From assembly GCA_963713475.1 (NCBI GenBank), contig CAVQLY010000023.1:52909-116908 (forward strand): 64,000 nucleotides of DNA. Direction: 5' to 3'. The notes beneath the pieces are model-generated. The model ran no database searches and had not been told where the DNA came from. It saw nothing but the letters and a program-made list of their open reading frames with translations. Source of the stretch: an uncultured Thermoleophilia bacterium. Its GTDB lineage: Bacteria > Actinomycetota > Thermoleophilia > UBA2241. Numbering within the stretch: the first letter of the stretch is position 1; each line of letters opens with the position of its first letter. A program made the position numbers and the translations under genes. This document shows positions 17,118 through 25,898 of this stretch, piece after piece.

Positions 17118-18074
17118 TCAGGTCTCCTGGTCGTCCACCCAGTCCCGGGTCAGCACCAGCCAGAACGCCAGCCCGGCGTGCTCGCGGTAGCGCCGGAAGC
17201 GCCGGGCGATCGTGCCGTCGGCGACGAGCTTCCCTTTGGGCTTGCCCATGAGCCGTGCGTACTTGGGTCGCGTCCAGGAGTCGAGGACGAGACGGGAGTG
17301 GCGGCCCAGGAGGAGCATCACGTGGGCCGCCGCATACGGTCCGACGCCGGGCAGCGCCAGGAGACGCTGCTCGACCTCCTCGTCCGTCAGTTCGGCGCGG
17401 CTCGCCGTGAGCAGCGCTTCGAGGTCGAGCTCGCCACCGGCGACGCGTGCCGCGATCTCGCGCAGGTAAGGTCCGCGGTAGCCGGCCCGCGCCACGCCGG
17501 CGTAGAACTCGTCGCCGGCGGAAGCCATGGCCTCCGGCGTCGGGAAGGCGTGGCCGGCGACCTCGTTCGGCGGCGCCCCCGGGGCCGGCTCTCCGAGCCG
17601 GCCGACCAGGGCGCCGGCCATGCGCTCCGTCGCCGACCAGGCGCAGTTGGTGGTGCAGACCGTCTTGATCACGTCCTCGAAGACCGTCGGGCTGCGTAGC
17701 AGGCGCCCGGCGCCCCGCGCCGCCCAGACGAGGTCCGGGTCGGCGGCGCTCACGGCGTAGAAGCCGGAGAGGTCGTCGTCCAGGCAGAGCATGCGGCGGA
17801 CGGCGGCGGTCAGGGCCGCGTTGGCGGGTCTGCCCGGCGGCGGCCCCTCGTCGGCCACGTCCACCGAGACGGCGGGACGGTCGTGGGCCTTCGCCGCCGC
17901 GAGCCGCACCGTCCGCGGGCCCTCCGGCGTCGCCAGCGTCACGGACCCGCCGCGGCCGTCCGCGTCCAGGGCCATCGGCGGCAACTCGGCCACGCCGTGC
18001 GAGCCCAGCGTGCGCCGGAGGTCGACGGGCTCGCCGCCGGCGCCGCGCAGCTCCAGCAGGCCGACGCGCGTCAT
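17118..18074 (-). CDS. DNA-3-methyladenine glycosylase II family (AlkA-like, HhH-GPD)
   Basis: ATG at 18074 lies inside track ORF 17118..18719. HhH motif is LLALPGVGPYAAAHVMLL, followed by VLDSWTR (catalytic Asp), with an AlkA-type N-terminal domain. Confidence 0.8.
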   Translation of the reverse strand: MTRVGLLELRGAGGEPVDLRRTLGSHGVAELPPMALDADGRGGSVTLATPEGPRTVRLAAAKAHDRPAVSVDVADEGPPPGRPANAALTAAVRRMLCLDDDLSGFYAVSAADPDLVWAARGAGRLLRSPTVFEDVIKTVCTTNCAWSATERMAGALVGRLGEPAPGAPPNEVAGHAFPTPEAMASAGDEFYAGVARAGYRGPYLREIAARVAGGELDLEALLTASRAELTDEEVEQRLLALPGVGPYAAAHVMLLLGRHSRLVLDSWTRPKYARLMGKPKGKLVADGTIARRFRRYREHAGLAFWLVLTRDWVDDQET

Positions 18075-18169
18075 TGTGCGGTCCACCTGCGGCCCCACGA
18101 AGATTCCCCTGCGTCGATCATTGTGCGGTCCACCTGCGGCGGCCCCCACGAAGACTTGCCTACGGTGGT
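18072..18169 (-). repeat. Imperfect tandem duplication (about 47 + 51 bp) of the RBS/start-codon region of the AlkA-like gene
   Basis: Both copies begin (plus strand) with the identical 22-mer CATTGTGCGGTCCACCTGCGGC followed by CCCACGAAGA. On the coding strand each copy provides AGGTGG-N8-ATG. Confidence 0.8.
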
Positions 18170-19164
18170 CATCCGGCGGCGATGAGGGCGACGCCGGCCA
18201 GCGTCGCCGCCGCCCCGGCCAGCTGGTGTGGCGCGACGCGTTCGCGCAGCACCCCGAACGCGAGCAGCACGGTGACGACGGGATACAGGGAGCCGAGCAC
18301 CGCGACCAGGCTGAGGTAGCCCTCCGTGGTTGCCAGCGCGAACAGGCCGTTGGCGCCGGTGTCGAGGATCCCGACGGCGACGATGAAGGGCACGGCCGAG
18401 CGCTCCACCTTGACGTGCGGCCGCAGGGCGAGGAAGACGACGGCGAAGATGACCGCCGACGAGAGGCGTCCGGCCAGCATCGCCCAGAGCGGGTCGTAGC
18501 GGGCCGTCGCGTCGTAGCCCACGAGCACGAGGCCCATGCAGACGGCGGCCAGCAGCGAGAGCATGATCGCGCGGCGCTGCGCCCCGCGCGAGGGCCGCAA
18601 CGCCGGGCCGCCCGAGCGGGGCACGGCGGCCACCGGGATCCCTGTCGCCGGAGCCGGCACCGGCATGTCCCCCCGGCGGAACAGCGCCCGGGCTTCCTCC
18701 GGCTCCACGGCCGGCTCACCGGGGAGCGCCGCGGCCCCGATGGTCTCGCCGCGGCGGGCCGGCTCGACGGCCACGAGGATCACGCCGATCGCGGCGAGGA
18801 CGACCCCGGCGAGCTGGATGGCCGCCGGCCGCTCGCCGGCGGCGATGCCGACCGCGAAGGGGATCAGGGCGTTGGTCGCGCTGATCGGCGCGACGATGCT
18901 CATCGTGCCGATGGCGAGCGCCTTGTAGAAGCAGGAGATGGCCACGACGCTGGCGAGCCCGCCGAGCATGACCGGCCAGACCGCGTGGAAGCCCGGCCAG
19001 CCGTGGCCTGTGCCGAGAGTCACCAGCGTGGCTCCCGCGAGGCCCACGGCCTGGCTGCCGATGATCACCGCCCACAGGCTGGCGCGCCGGGTGCTGAAGC
19101 CGCCGAGGAAGTCGCCGGAGCCCCAGCAGATGGACGCGCCGAGGGCGAGGGCGATGCCGAGCAT
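18169..19164 (-). CDS. EamA/DMT family transporter with a long central hydrophilic insert
   Basis: 331 aa with two EamA-like 5-TM halves separated by about 70 Pro/Ala/Arg-rich residues ([20 protein letters not shown]). Confidence 0.75.
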   Translation of the reverse strand: MLGIALALGASICWGSGDFLGGFSTRRASLWAVIIGSQAVGLAGATLVTLGTGHGWPGFHAVWPVMLGGLASVVAISCFYKALAIGTMSIVAPISATNALIPFAVGIAAGERPAAIQLAGVVLAAIGVILVAVEPARRGETIGAAALPGEPAVEPEEARALFRRGDMPVPAPATGIPVAAVPRSGGPALRPSRGAQRRAIMLSLLAAVCMGLVLVGYDATARYDPLWAMLAGRLSSAVIFAVVFLALRPHVKVERSAVPFIVAVGILDTGANGLFALATTEGYLSLVAVLGSLYPVVTVLLAFGVLRERVAPHQLAGAAATLAGVALIAAG

Positions 19165-19214
19165 GCCGAGAGGCTATCACGGGGCGGTGGTACGCTTTGG
19201 GACCGGTGCCACTG

Positions 19215-19574
19215 ATGAACGAGCCCATCGACATCCCCGAAAGCGACGACGCGCTGCTGGCGGAGTGCGACGTGCAGACCTTCCGCGCCGGCGGACCCGG
19301 CGGCCAGCACCAGAACGTCACCGACAGTGCGGTGAGGCTCGTGCACCGCGCCACGGGTCTCACGGTCACCAGCCGCGCCCAGCGCAGCCAGCACATGAAC
19401 AAGATGGACGCACTGCGCCGTCTGCGGCTCAAGCTGCGGCGGCTGAACGAGCCGCCACCACCGCCGCGCCGACCCACGCGGCCCTCGCGGGCCGCCAAGG
19501 AGCGGCGCCTCGCCGAGAAGACGCGGCGGGGGGCCGCCAAACGTCTGCGCCGCCCGCCCTCAGCGGACGACTGA
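19215..19574 (+). CDS. arfB: Alternative ribosome-rescue factor ArfB (peptidyl-tRNA hydrolase, RF-1 domain)
   Basis: GGQ motif in [16 protein letters not shown] plus the basic C-terminal tail typical of ArfB/YaeJ. ATG 19215 is preferred over the TTG at 19197. Confidence 0.8.
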   Translation: MNEPIDIPESDDALLAECDVQTFRAGGPGGQHQNVTDSAVRLVHRATGLTVTSRAQRSQHMNKMDALRRLRLKLRRLNEPPPPPRRPTRPSRAAKERRLAEKTRRGAAKRLRRPPSADD

Positions 19575-19617
19575 GACCGCCCGCTCGGCTCCTTCGGGGC
19601 CGTGTAGAGTACCGCCC

Positions 19618-20430
19618 ATGGCGGTCATCATCGGCATCCTGGTCGTCGCCTTCGTGGCCGGCGTCTTCGGCAGCATGCTCGGCGTGGGCGGCGGCGTCAT
19701 CATGGTCCCCGTGCTCAGCCTCGCGTTCGGCGTCCCGATCAAGACGGCGATCGCGACCAGCATCGTCTGCGTGATCGCGACCTCGTCCATGGCGCAGTCC
19801 ACCTTCGCCGCCCGCGGCATGACCAACATGCGCCTGGGGATGGTGCTCGAGGTCTCGACGACGCTCGGCGCGGTCGCCGGAGGCGTCACCGCGGTTCTCG
19901 TCGACGGACGCTACCTGCAGGGCGCCTTCGCCGTCGTGCTCTTCTACGTCGCCTGGCAGATGGGCCGCCGCCGCGGCGACATCATCCCGGTGGAGACCGC
20001 GCTCATGCCGTCGAGCTACTACGACCCGGCGGAGGGAAAGCAGGTGACCTACGGCGTGCACGGCCTGGGGATCGGGTTCGGGCTTTCGTTCGTCGCCGGC
20101 AACGTCTCCGGGCTCCTCGGCGTCGGCGGCGGCGCCTTCAAGGTGCCGATCATGAACATGCTGATGGGCGTGCCGATGAAGGCCACGATCGCCACCAGCA
20201 ACCTGATGATCGGCGTCACGGCCGCGACCGGCGCCGCCATCTTCTACGGCCGCGGCTACATGGACCCGCACTGGGCGGTGCCGGCCGCGCTCGGCATCCT
20301 CGCGGGAGCGCGGCTCGGGCCTCGCCTGGCCATCCATCTTCCGTCGCGGGTCCTCATCGTCATCTTCGAGATCGTGCTCGCCGTCTTCGGCGTGCTCATG
20401 CTGCTCAAGGCGCTGGGGGTGGGCGTGTGA
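19618..20430 (+). CDS. TauE/SafE (DUF81) family anion exporter
   Basis: 270 aa with a duplicated 4-TM pattern and GVGGG motifs. The -10 box TAGAGT ends 7 nt before the ATG, suggesting a leaderless transcript. Confidence 0.8.
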   Translation: MAVIIGILVVAFVAGVFGSMLGVGGGVIMVPVLSLAFGVPIKTAIATSIVCVIATSSMAQSTFAARGMTNMRLGMVLEVSTTLGAVAGGVTAVLVDGRYLQGAFAVVLFYVAWQMGRRRGDIIPVETALMPSSYYDPAEGKQVTYGVHGLGIGFGLSFVAGNVSGLLGVGGGAFKVPIMNMLMGVPMKATIATSNLMIGVTAATGAAIFYGRGYMDPHWAVPAALGILAGARLGPRLAIHLPSRVLIVIFEIVLAVFGVLMLLKALGVGV

Positions 20431-20843
20431 ACGGCGAGCGAACGGGCGCCGGGACGACGGGCGGCGACGTGGCGGGCGGCGCGCAGCAGGGCTCGCCGGC
20501 GCCGCATGTCATGGAGCCCATCGAGCGCATGGTGAGCCGGGTCCTCGCCATCGGTATCGCCGTCTCGGTCGCCCTCATGGCCGTGGGGCTCGTCCTTTCG
20601 GTGGTCGACAGGGAGGGCATGCCCTCGCACGTCGTGCCGCTGGCGGACCTGCCCGCGCTGCTGGGTCGGCTGGACCCCGCCGCCTATCTCTCGCTGGGCC
20701 TGTTCGTGCTGATCGCGACGCCGTTCGTGCGCGTGGCCGGCTCGATCGTCGCGTTCGCGCGCGAGCGGGACCTCCGCTACGTGGTGATCACCGCGGTCGT
20801 GCTCGCCGTCATGTGCCTCAGCGTGGTGCTCGGCAAGGCCTGA
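20427..20843 (+). CDS. DUF1634 domain-containing membrane protein
   Basis: GTG overlaps the TauE stop (GTGTGA). It is a small 3-TM protein. The TauE-DUF1634 pairing is a common arrangement. Confidence 0.6.
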   Translation: MNGERTGAGTTGGDVAGGAQQGSPAPHVMEPIERMVSRVLAIGIAVSVALMAVGLVLSVVDREGMPSHVVPLADLPALLGRLDPAAYLSLGLFVLIATPFVRVAGSIVAFARERDLRYVVITAVVLAVMCLSVVLGKA

Positions 20844-20876
20844 TCGCGCCGCCGGCGGCGGCCTGCACCGCCGGGG

Positions 20877-22136
20877 TCAGAGGGAGCAGGCGGGGGCGGC
20901 GTCGAGACCGCGCACGGCGGCGGCGGCGCGCCGGCCGGAGGCCATCGCGCCCTGGATCGACGCCGTGTCCCGGTGGTCGCCACAGACGTACAGGCCTTCG
21001 CGCAGGCGGACCGGCCGCTCGGGCGGGACCAGCGCGGCCGGCGGCTGTGCCGGGAGCGCGAACGGGATGCGGTGGACGCGGAGCGGTGTCCAGCCGTCCA
21101 CCTGGGCGCCGAACCAGCCGCGCAACTGGGCGCGGACGGCGTCGTCGAGGTCCCGGTCGGGAAGCGGCGAGACGCCGAGCACGGTGGCCGAGACCAGCGC
21201 CGCCCCCGGCGGCGCGTAGCTCGGCGCCACGTCGCTCGGCGCGCACAGGTCGTTGACCGGGCCGCGGCCCTCTCCGTTCAGCACCAGCACAGGCTCGCCG
21301 ACCGGCGAGCGCTCGGCGGCGTAGTGGAGCGTGGTGACGCCCCGCGCCGCCGGCGCCTCGACGGCGCCCGTGAGCCGGGCCGCCTCGGGACCATCGGCCG
21401 CGACGACGATCGCCGGCGCGGCCAGGCGCTCGCCGCCGGCGATGACCACTTCGCCGGGCGCGGCCGACTCGACGGTGACCCCGAAGCGCAGCGCCGCCTC
21501 CGGCAGACCCTCGGCCAGCTGGCGCGGGATGGCCTGCATGCCGGCGGCCGGCAGCGCCGCCTCGCCTTCCGAGAAGAGCTTGAACACGAAGGCGAAGAGC
21601 CGGCTCGACGTCTCGAGTGAGGCGTCGAGGAAGACGCCGCCCAGGAACGGGCGGAAGAAGGCGTCGATCAGGGCGTCGGAGAAACCCTCGAGGCGCAGCG
21701 CCTCCGCGGTGGTCACCTGCGGCGCCGTGAGCAGTTCATTGAGCGAGAAGCGCGAGAGCCGGCGCCGCAGGCGCGCGACGCGCAGCTTGTCGGGCAGGCT
21801 CCCGGGCGCGCCGCGCAGGCTCTGGAGCGCCTGGAACGGGTGGCGGAAGGGATCGGCGATGCGCGCGAAGCCACCGTCCCGGCGGATGAGCGCGCCGCTC
21901 TCGAACGGCCGCAGCCCGAGGCGGTCGTAGTCGAGCGCCCTCCGCGCCTCCGGGTACGCCGTGAGCAGCACCTGGAAGCCGCGGTCGAGCAGGAACCCCT
22001 CGACCTCGTCGGTGCGCACGCGCCCGCCCGGCGCGTCGCCGCGCTCGAGCACGAGCACCTCGAGTCCGGCGGCGTGCAGTTCGCGGGCGCAGCACAGGCC
22101 GGCGAGGCCGGCGCCGACGACGATGACGTCAGGCAT
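20877..22136 (-). CDS. NAD(P)/FAD-dependent oxidoreductase (amine oxidase/phytoene desaturase-like)
   Basis: The start MPDVIVVGAGLAGLCCARELHAAGLEVLVLERGDAPGGR forms a dinucleotide-binding fold. ATG 22136 overlaps the upstream marR stop region. Confidence 0.8.
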   Translation of the reverse strand: MPDVIVVGAGLAGLCCARELHAAGLEVLVLERGDAPGGRVRTDEVEGFLLDRGFQVLLTAYPEARRALDYDRLGLRPFESGALIRRDGGFARIADPFRHPFQALQSLRGAPGSLPDKLRVARLRRRLSRFSLNELLTAPQVTTAEALRLEGFSDALIDAFFRPFLGGVFLDASLETSSRLFAFVFKLFSEGEAALPAAGMQAIPRQLAEGLPEAALRFGVTVESAAPGEVVIAGGERLAAPAIVVAADGPEAARLTGAVEAPAARGVTTLHYAAERSPVGEPVLVLNGEGRGPVNDLCAPSDVAPSYAPPGAALVSATVLGVSPLPDRDLDDAVRAQLRGWFGAQVDGWTPLRVHRIPFALPAQPPAALVPPERPVRLREGLYVCGDHRDTASIQGAMASGRRAAAAVRGLDAAPACSL

Positions 22137-22665
22137 CGGTGGGATCCGTGTGGCACATCGGCGCCGCGCCCCGCGCGGCGCCACGCCACTCGGCGTCGGT
22201 GCCCGCCGAGCCCGGCACGAGCAACTCCCAGTACGTGGCGAGGCGCGTCAGATCGTCGCCGTCCAGGCGGTCGAGGAACAGCCGCCTGACGCCGGTGAGG
22301 TGGGTGACGCGCGCCTCCTGAAGGCGGCGGTCGCCCTCCGCGGTGAGCACGGCGAAGTAGCCGCGGCCGTCCTCCGGGCAGCGTTCGCGCCCTACGAGAC
22401 CGTCGCGTTCCAGACGGTCGACCAGCCTGGTCATGCCGCTCGCGCTGAGCAGGACGGAGCGCGAGAGGTCGGCCATGCGCAGCCGCCGCTGTGGCGCGTC
22501 CTCGAGCAGCAGCAGCACCTCATAGGAACGCAGCGAGAGGTCGTGAGTCGCGGAGAGTTCCGCGTCCAGCTGGTGGAAGAGGGAGCTCTGGACGCGAAGG
22601 AACCCTCTCCACGCCGCCAGCTCCTCGGGGCCGAGACGCGCGCCGCCCTGTCGCTGCTTGCCCAC
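22129..22665 (-). CDS. MarR family transcriptional regulator
   Basis: Winged-helix core LRSYEVLLLLEDAPQRRLRMADLSRSVLLSASGMTRLVDRLERDGLV. It overlaps the downstream oxidoreductase gene by 8 nt. Confidence 0.85.
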   Translation of the reverse strand: MGKQRQGGARLGPEELAAWRGFLRVQSSLFHQLDAELSATHDLSLRSYEVLLLLEDAPQRRLRMADLSRSVLLSASGMTRLVDRLERDGLVGRERCPEDGRGYFAVLTAEGDRRLQEARVTHLTGVRRLFLDRLDGDDLTRLATYWELLVPGSAGTDAEWRGAARGAAPMCHTDPTDA

Positions 22666-22730
22666 CGGCCTCCTTCCGCGTCCCCGTTCGATGGCAGTAT
22701 ACCCTCGCCCGGACGGTCCCCCGGAGCGTC

Positions 22731-22759
22731 TTGCATTGCCCTGGTCCGGTGAGTAAAGT
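22731..22759 (+). promoter_or_regulatory. Candidate sigma-70-type promoter for the blaI-like gene
   Basis: TTGCAT (22731-22736), 17-nt spacer, TAAAGT (22754-22759). It lies about 45 nt upstream of GGAGG-ATGATG. Confidence 0.45.
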
Positions 22760-22806
22760 CGAAGGCCCCAAGACCCGTCTCAATCTCGACAGTCGGACGG
22801 AGGTCC

Positions 22807-23175
22807 ATGATGTCTGACGACAAGCCCCAAGCCTGGCAGCGCCGCGATCACAGCCGCGACCTCACGGGTCTCGGATGGCTGGAGGCAGACGTCCTGCGCG
22901 TCGTCTGGGACAAGGGCGAGGTCACGGTCCGGGACGTGTACGAAGAGTTGCGCGAGAACCGGCGGATCGCCTACACCACCGTGATGAGCGTGCTCCGCAA
23001 CCTGGCCGCGAAGGGCCTCCTCGAGCAGGACAAGTCCGCGGCGGCGTACGTCTACCGTCCCAAGGTGACCGACGAACAGGTCGCTCGAGGCATCCTCGAC
23101 GCGCTCGTCGACAAGATCATGGGCGGCAATCGCGGCCCGCTGATCGACTACCTGCAGCACCCGACGGACGATTGA
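22807..23175 (+). CDS. BlaI/MecI/CopY family transcriptional repressor
   Basis: Winged-helix region LGWLEADVLRVVWDKGEVTVRDVYEEL..IAYTTVMSVLRNLAAKGLL, 122 aa. The start is ATG 22807 or 22810. Confidence 0.85.
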   Translation: MMSDDKPQAWQRRDHSRDLTGLGWLEADVLRVVWDKGEVTVRDVYEELRENRRIAYTTVMSVLRNLAAKGLLEQDKSAAAYVYRPKVTDEQVARGILDALVDKIMGGNRGPLIDYLQHPTDD

Positions 23176-24301
23176 CGGTCAGGTAGCCGGTCCGGCGAAC
23201 AGGGCCGTCGAGGCGCGGCTCGAACGAGCCCGTCGCGCCGCCGCCGCAAGCGGCGCCGGCGCGCTGGTCGTCTCGCCCGGGGCCGACCTCCGCTATCTGG
23301 TCGGCTACCCGGCACTCCCGCTGGAACGCCTGACATGTCTGGTGCTCCCCGCCACGGGGAGTGGCCATCTCGTCGTCCCGGAACTCGACCGCGAAGAGGC
23401 GGCAGCCTGCGTGTGCAGCCTCGCGGGAATCGATCTGCTCTCCTGGCGCGAGGAGGAGGATCCAGTCGCGCTCGTCGCCTCACTGCTCCCCGAGTCCGGA
23501 GCGATCGCGGTGGACGACCGCATGTGGGCGGCGCACGTGCTGGCCCTCGGGGCGGCCCTTCCCGGCCGCGAGCTGCGCACGATCGGGCGCGTGCTCGGCG
23601 CGCTCCGCGCGCGCAAGGAGCCGTCCGAGCTCGCCTCGCTGCGTGAGGCGGCCGCGACCGTCGATACGGTCATGGCAGGGATGCCGGCGCTCCTGCTGCC
23701 GGGTCGCAGCGAGATGGAGGTCGCGGCAGAGACCCGGTCGGCAATGCTGGCCGCCGGCCACGTCGCCGCCGGCTACGTGATCGTCGCCTCGGGTCCGAAC
23801 GCTGCGCTGCCGCATCACGAGGCGGACGACCGCGTCCTGCGCCGGGGGGACGCGGTCGTGGTCGATCTTGCCGGCGTGATGCCCTCAGGCTACTGGTCGG
23901 ACTGCACGCGCACCTTCGTGCTCGGGGGGGCCGAGGCGGAGTTGGCTGCGGCCTACGCCGTCCTGCGGGACGCGCAGGAGGCCGCGGTGGCGGCCGTGCG
24001 CGCAGGGGTCCCCGCGGCGGCGGTCGACGCCGCGGCCCGCGAGCGCATCGCCGCGGCGGGCTATGGGGAGTTCTTCGTGCACCGGACCGGGCACGGCATC
24101 GGCCTCGAGGTCCACGAGTGGCCCTTCATCGCCGCGGGCGACAGCGCGGCGCTGGAGGCCGGAGCCGTCTTCAGCGTCGAACCCGGGATCTATGTGCCGG
24201 GGCGCTTCGGAGCCCGCCTGGAGGACATCGTCGTCTGCCGGCCGGACGGCGCCGAACGTCTCAATCACACGTCCAGAGACCTCATCGTCGTCGACGTGTA
24301 G
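23171..24301 (+). CDS. M24 family metallopeptidase (Xaa-Pro dipeptidase/aminopeptidase P-like). The start codon is unresolved.
   Basis: Catalytic-domain motifs are VVVDLAG, HRTGHGIGLEVHE, FSVEPGIY and ARLED. The frame is open from 23144 and encodes the N-terminal domain (RLERARRAAAASGAGALVVSPGADLRYLVGY), but the first ATG/GTG/TTG is the GTG at 23342. ATT at 23171 overlaps the blaI stop (ATTGA). Confidence 0.75.
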   Translation: MDGQVAGPANRAVEARLERARRAAAASGAGALVVSPGADLRYLVGYPALPLERLTCLVLPATGSGHLVVPELDREEAAACVCSLAGIDLLSWREEEDPVALVASLLPESGAIAVDDRMWAAHVLALGAALPGRELRTIGRVLGALRARKEPSELASLREAAATVDTVMAGMPALLLPGRSEMEVAAETRSAMLAAGHVAAGYVIVASGPNAALPHHEADDRVLRRGDAVVVDLAGVMPSGYWSDCTRTFVLGGAEAELAAAYAVLRDAQEAAVAAVRAGVPAAAVDAAARERIAAAGYGEFFVHRTGHGIGLEVHEWPFIAAGDSAALEAGAVFSVEPGIYVPGRFGARLEDIVVCRPDGAERLNHTSRDLIVVDV

Positions 24302-24328
24302 GCGTGGCGCAGCCGGCGAGCCGGATGG

Positions 24329-25852
24329 TCATGACGACGCGGCGATCTGCGTGCGTGCCGCCTCGAGAAGGCGGCGGGGGTCCGGCCACCGGTCGACGCC
24401 GAGAGCGCCGGCGGCCTCGTCGATGAGCTCGCAGAGGCGCGCTTCGACGTCGTCGGGCAGCCCGACGGGCTCCGCCGCCAGGTGGTCGTTCATGCGTCCT
24501 TCGGCAGCCTGGAGGACACCGCCCGCGCCGGTGACCCCGCGCCGCGAGATCGCCGAGGGACAGGCCTCGCGGCGCACGTAGGTCCGCGTTTGGCGAACGC
24601 CGAGGAAACTCCCGGCGCGCACGCCTTCGGCCAGCGCGCCGCCGTCGAGTGCCTCGGCGTCCCAGGGGCGCTCCTCGAGCGCGAAGAGGATGTAGCCGAG
24701 GATCTCGTCGTCGATCTCGAGCTGTTCGAGTCCGGCGGCCACCACCGAGAACAGGCCGCCGATGCCGGAGAGATAGCGCGGGCGGGCGAGCGCGCCCAGC
24801 AGGCCGTTCAGGGCGCGCTCATATCCGTTCTGGACGTCGACCACAGCGGCGTCGGTCGCCAGCCCGTAGCAGTCGCAGGCGAGCCCGCAGCGCCGCGCCA
24901 GCAGCGTGGCTCCGGCGGCGCAGAGCCCGAGCACCGGGGTGCCCCAGACTGCGGCGCCGGTGCGCGGGTCGCCGGCGTGGAGGCGGGCACCGTAGGTGCA
25001 CGGCGTGTTCGGGCAGGCGGCCTGCACGGCGACGACGCCGGCGAGGACTTCGGCATGCTGCTGGGCCAGCGCCGCGGAGAGCGCCGCCGGTGCTGTGGTC
25101 CCGGCCGTCGGCGCCGGCAGGATCTCGCAGATCGCGCCGGCCCGGGCGGCGACGAGCAGTGCTTCGCTCACCTCGCCGCCGAGCTGCAGCGGTGAGACGG
25201 GGGAGAAGTAGACGCTCAGGGGCCGTGCGTCTCGGGCGGGCGCATCCGGCAGCAGCGCGGCGGCCATCTCGAGCAGGTACCGGACCTGCGCCGGCAGGGA
25301 GATGCCGGGACCACCGAGGACCTTGTCGGTCTCGCCGGCGAGCGCCAAGTACGAGTAGAGCGGTTCCAGTGGTCCGGGCACGTCCTGCGGGGACACCAAC
25401 GGGTTGACCGAGTGCTGGTGACGCAGGTGATGCATGAGCCGGGCCGAGGCGACCTGGTCGGCGAAGGTCGAGGGGCGCGTTTCGCCGCTGCGCGGGTCGG
25501 ACACGACCGCGGCGCCGCCGGTATTGTGGACGTAGACGGCCCCGGGGTCGGGGTCGAAACAGAGGTCGTTTGCCGGGTCGCGCGCCGCCTCCGAGAAGGC
25601 GCGCGGGCAGGCCGCGAGCGCCTCCGCGACGGCCGCCGCAGGCATCCTCACCCGGCCACCGCGGCCCTCGGCACAGCCGGCGTCGAAGAGGAGCCTGCGG
25701 ACCGCCGGCGACGGCACCTCGACACCGGCGGTCGCCAGCAGGTCGAGTGCGGCTGCGTTGATCGCCGCGAGCGATTCTTCAGACCAGAGTCCGTTGGCGC
25801 CCGCCGACGCCTCGGTCGCGGCCCGTCCGCCGCCGTCTCCGCCCGCCGTCAC
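24329..25852 (-). CDS. MttB superfamily (trimethylamine methyltransferase-like) protein, non-pyrrolysine, paralog 1
   Basis: 507 aa, colinear with 55511..56965 and with MttB/MtgB-type proteins. There is no in-frame amber codon. Confidence 0.75.
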   Translation of the reverse strand: MTAGGDGGGRAATEASAGANGLWSEESLAAINAAALDLLATAGVEVPSPAVRRLLFDAGCAEGRGGRVRMPAAAVAEALAACPRAFSEAARDPANDLCFDPDPGAVYVHNTGGAAVVSDPRSGETRPSTFADQVASARLMHHLRHQHSVNPLVSPQDVPGPLEPLYSYLALAGETDKVLGGPGISLPAQVRYLLEMAAALLPDAPARDARPLSVYFSPVSPLQLGGEVSEALLVAARAGAICEILPAPTAGTTAPAALSAALAQQHAEVLAGVVAVQAACPNTPCTYGARLHAGDPRTGAAVWGTPVLGLCAAGATLLARRCGLACDCYGLATDAAVVDVQNGYERALNGLLGALARPRYLSGIGGLFSVVAAGLEQLEIDDEILGYILFALEERPWDAEALDGGALAEGVRAGSFLGVRQTRTYVRREACPSAISRRGVTGAGGVLQAAEGRMNDHLAAEPVGLPDDVEARLCELIDEAAGALGVDRWPDPRRLLEAARTQIAASS

Positions 25853-25898
25853 GTGGTCGCTCGCTGCGGTGGCGTCCGGCTCTCGGACATGCGGCTGC

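Noticed and set aside
17118-18719. The 533-aa ORF extending the AlkA-like gene upstream through 18719.
   Set aside because: The upstream part is an off-frame read on the same strand through the EamA transporter gene and is Arg/Pro/Ser-rich. The glycosylase domain starts at the RBS-preceded ATG at 18074.
19197-19214. TTG start at 19197 for the ArfB-like gene.
   Set aside because: It directly abuts the TACGCT hexamer and adds a non-conserved MGPVPL extension. ATG 19215 gives the usual ArfB N-terminus. This is low certainty either way.
24715-24755. tRNA-like T-loop string GTTCGAGTCC followed by ..GGCCACCA.
   Set aside because: It lies inside the MttB-family coding region. The flanking bases cannot form a T-stem or acceptor stem, and no anticodon or D arm is present.
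24329-25852. Possibility of a pyrrolysine (in-frame TAG) MttB.
   Set aside because: Both MttB-family ORFs are uninterrupted. No pylTSBCD-like genes are in the window.
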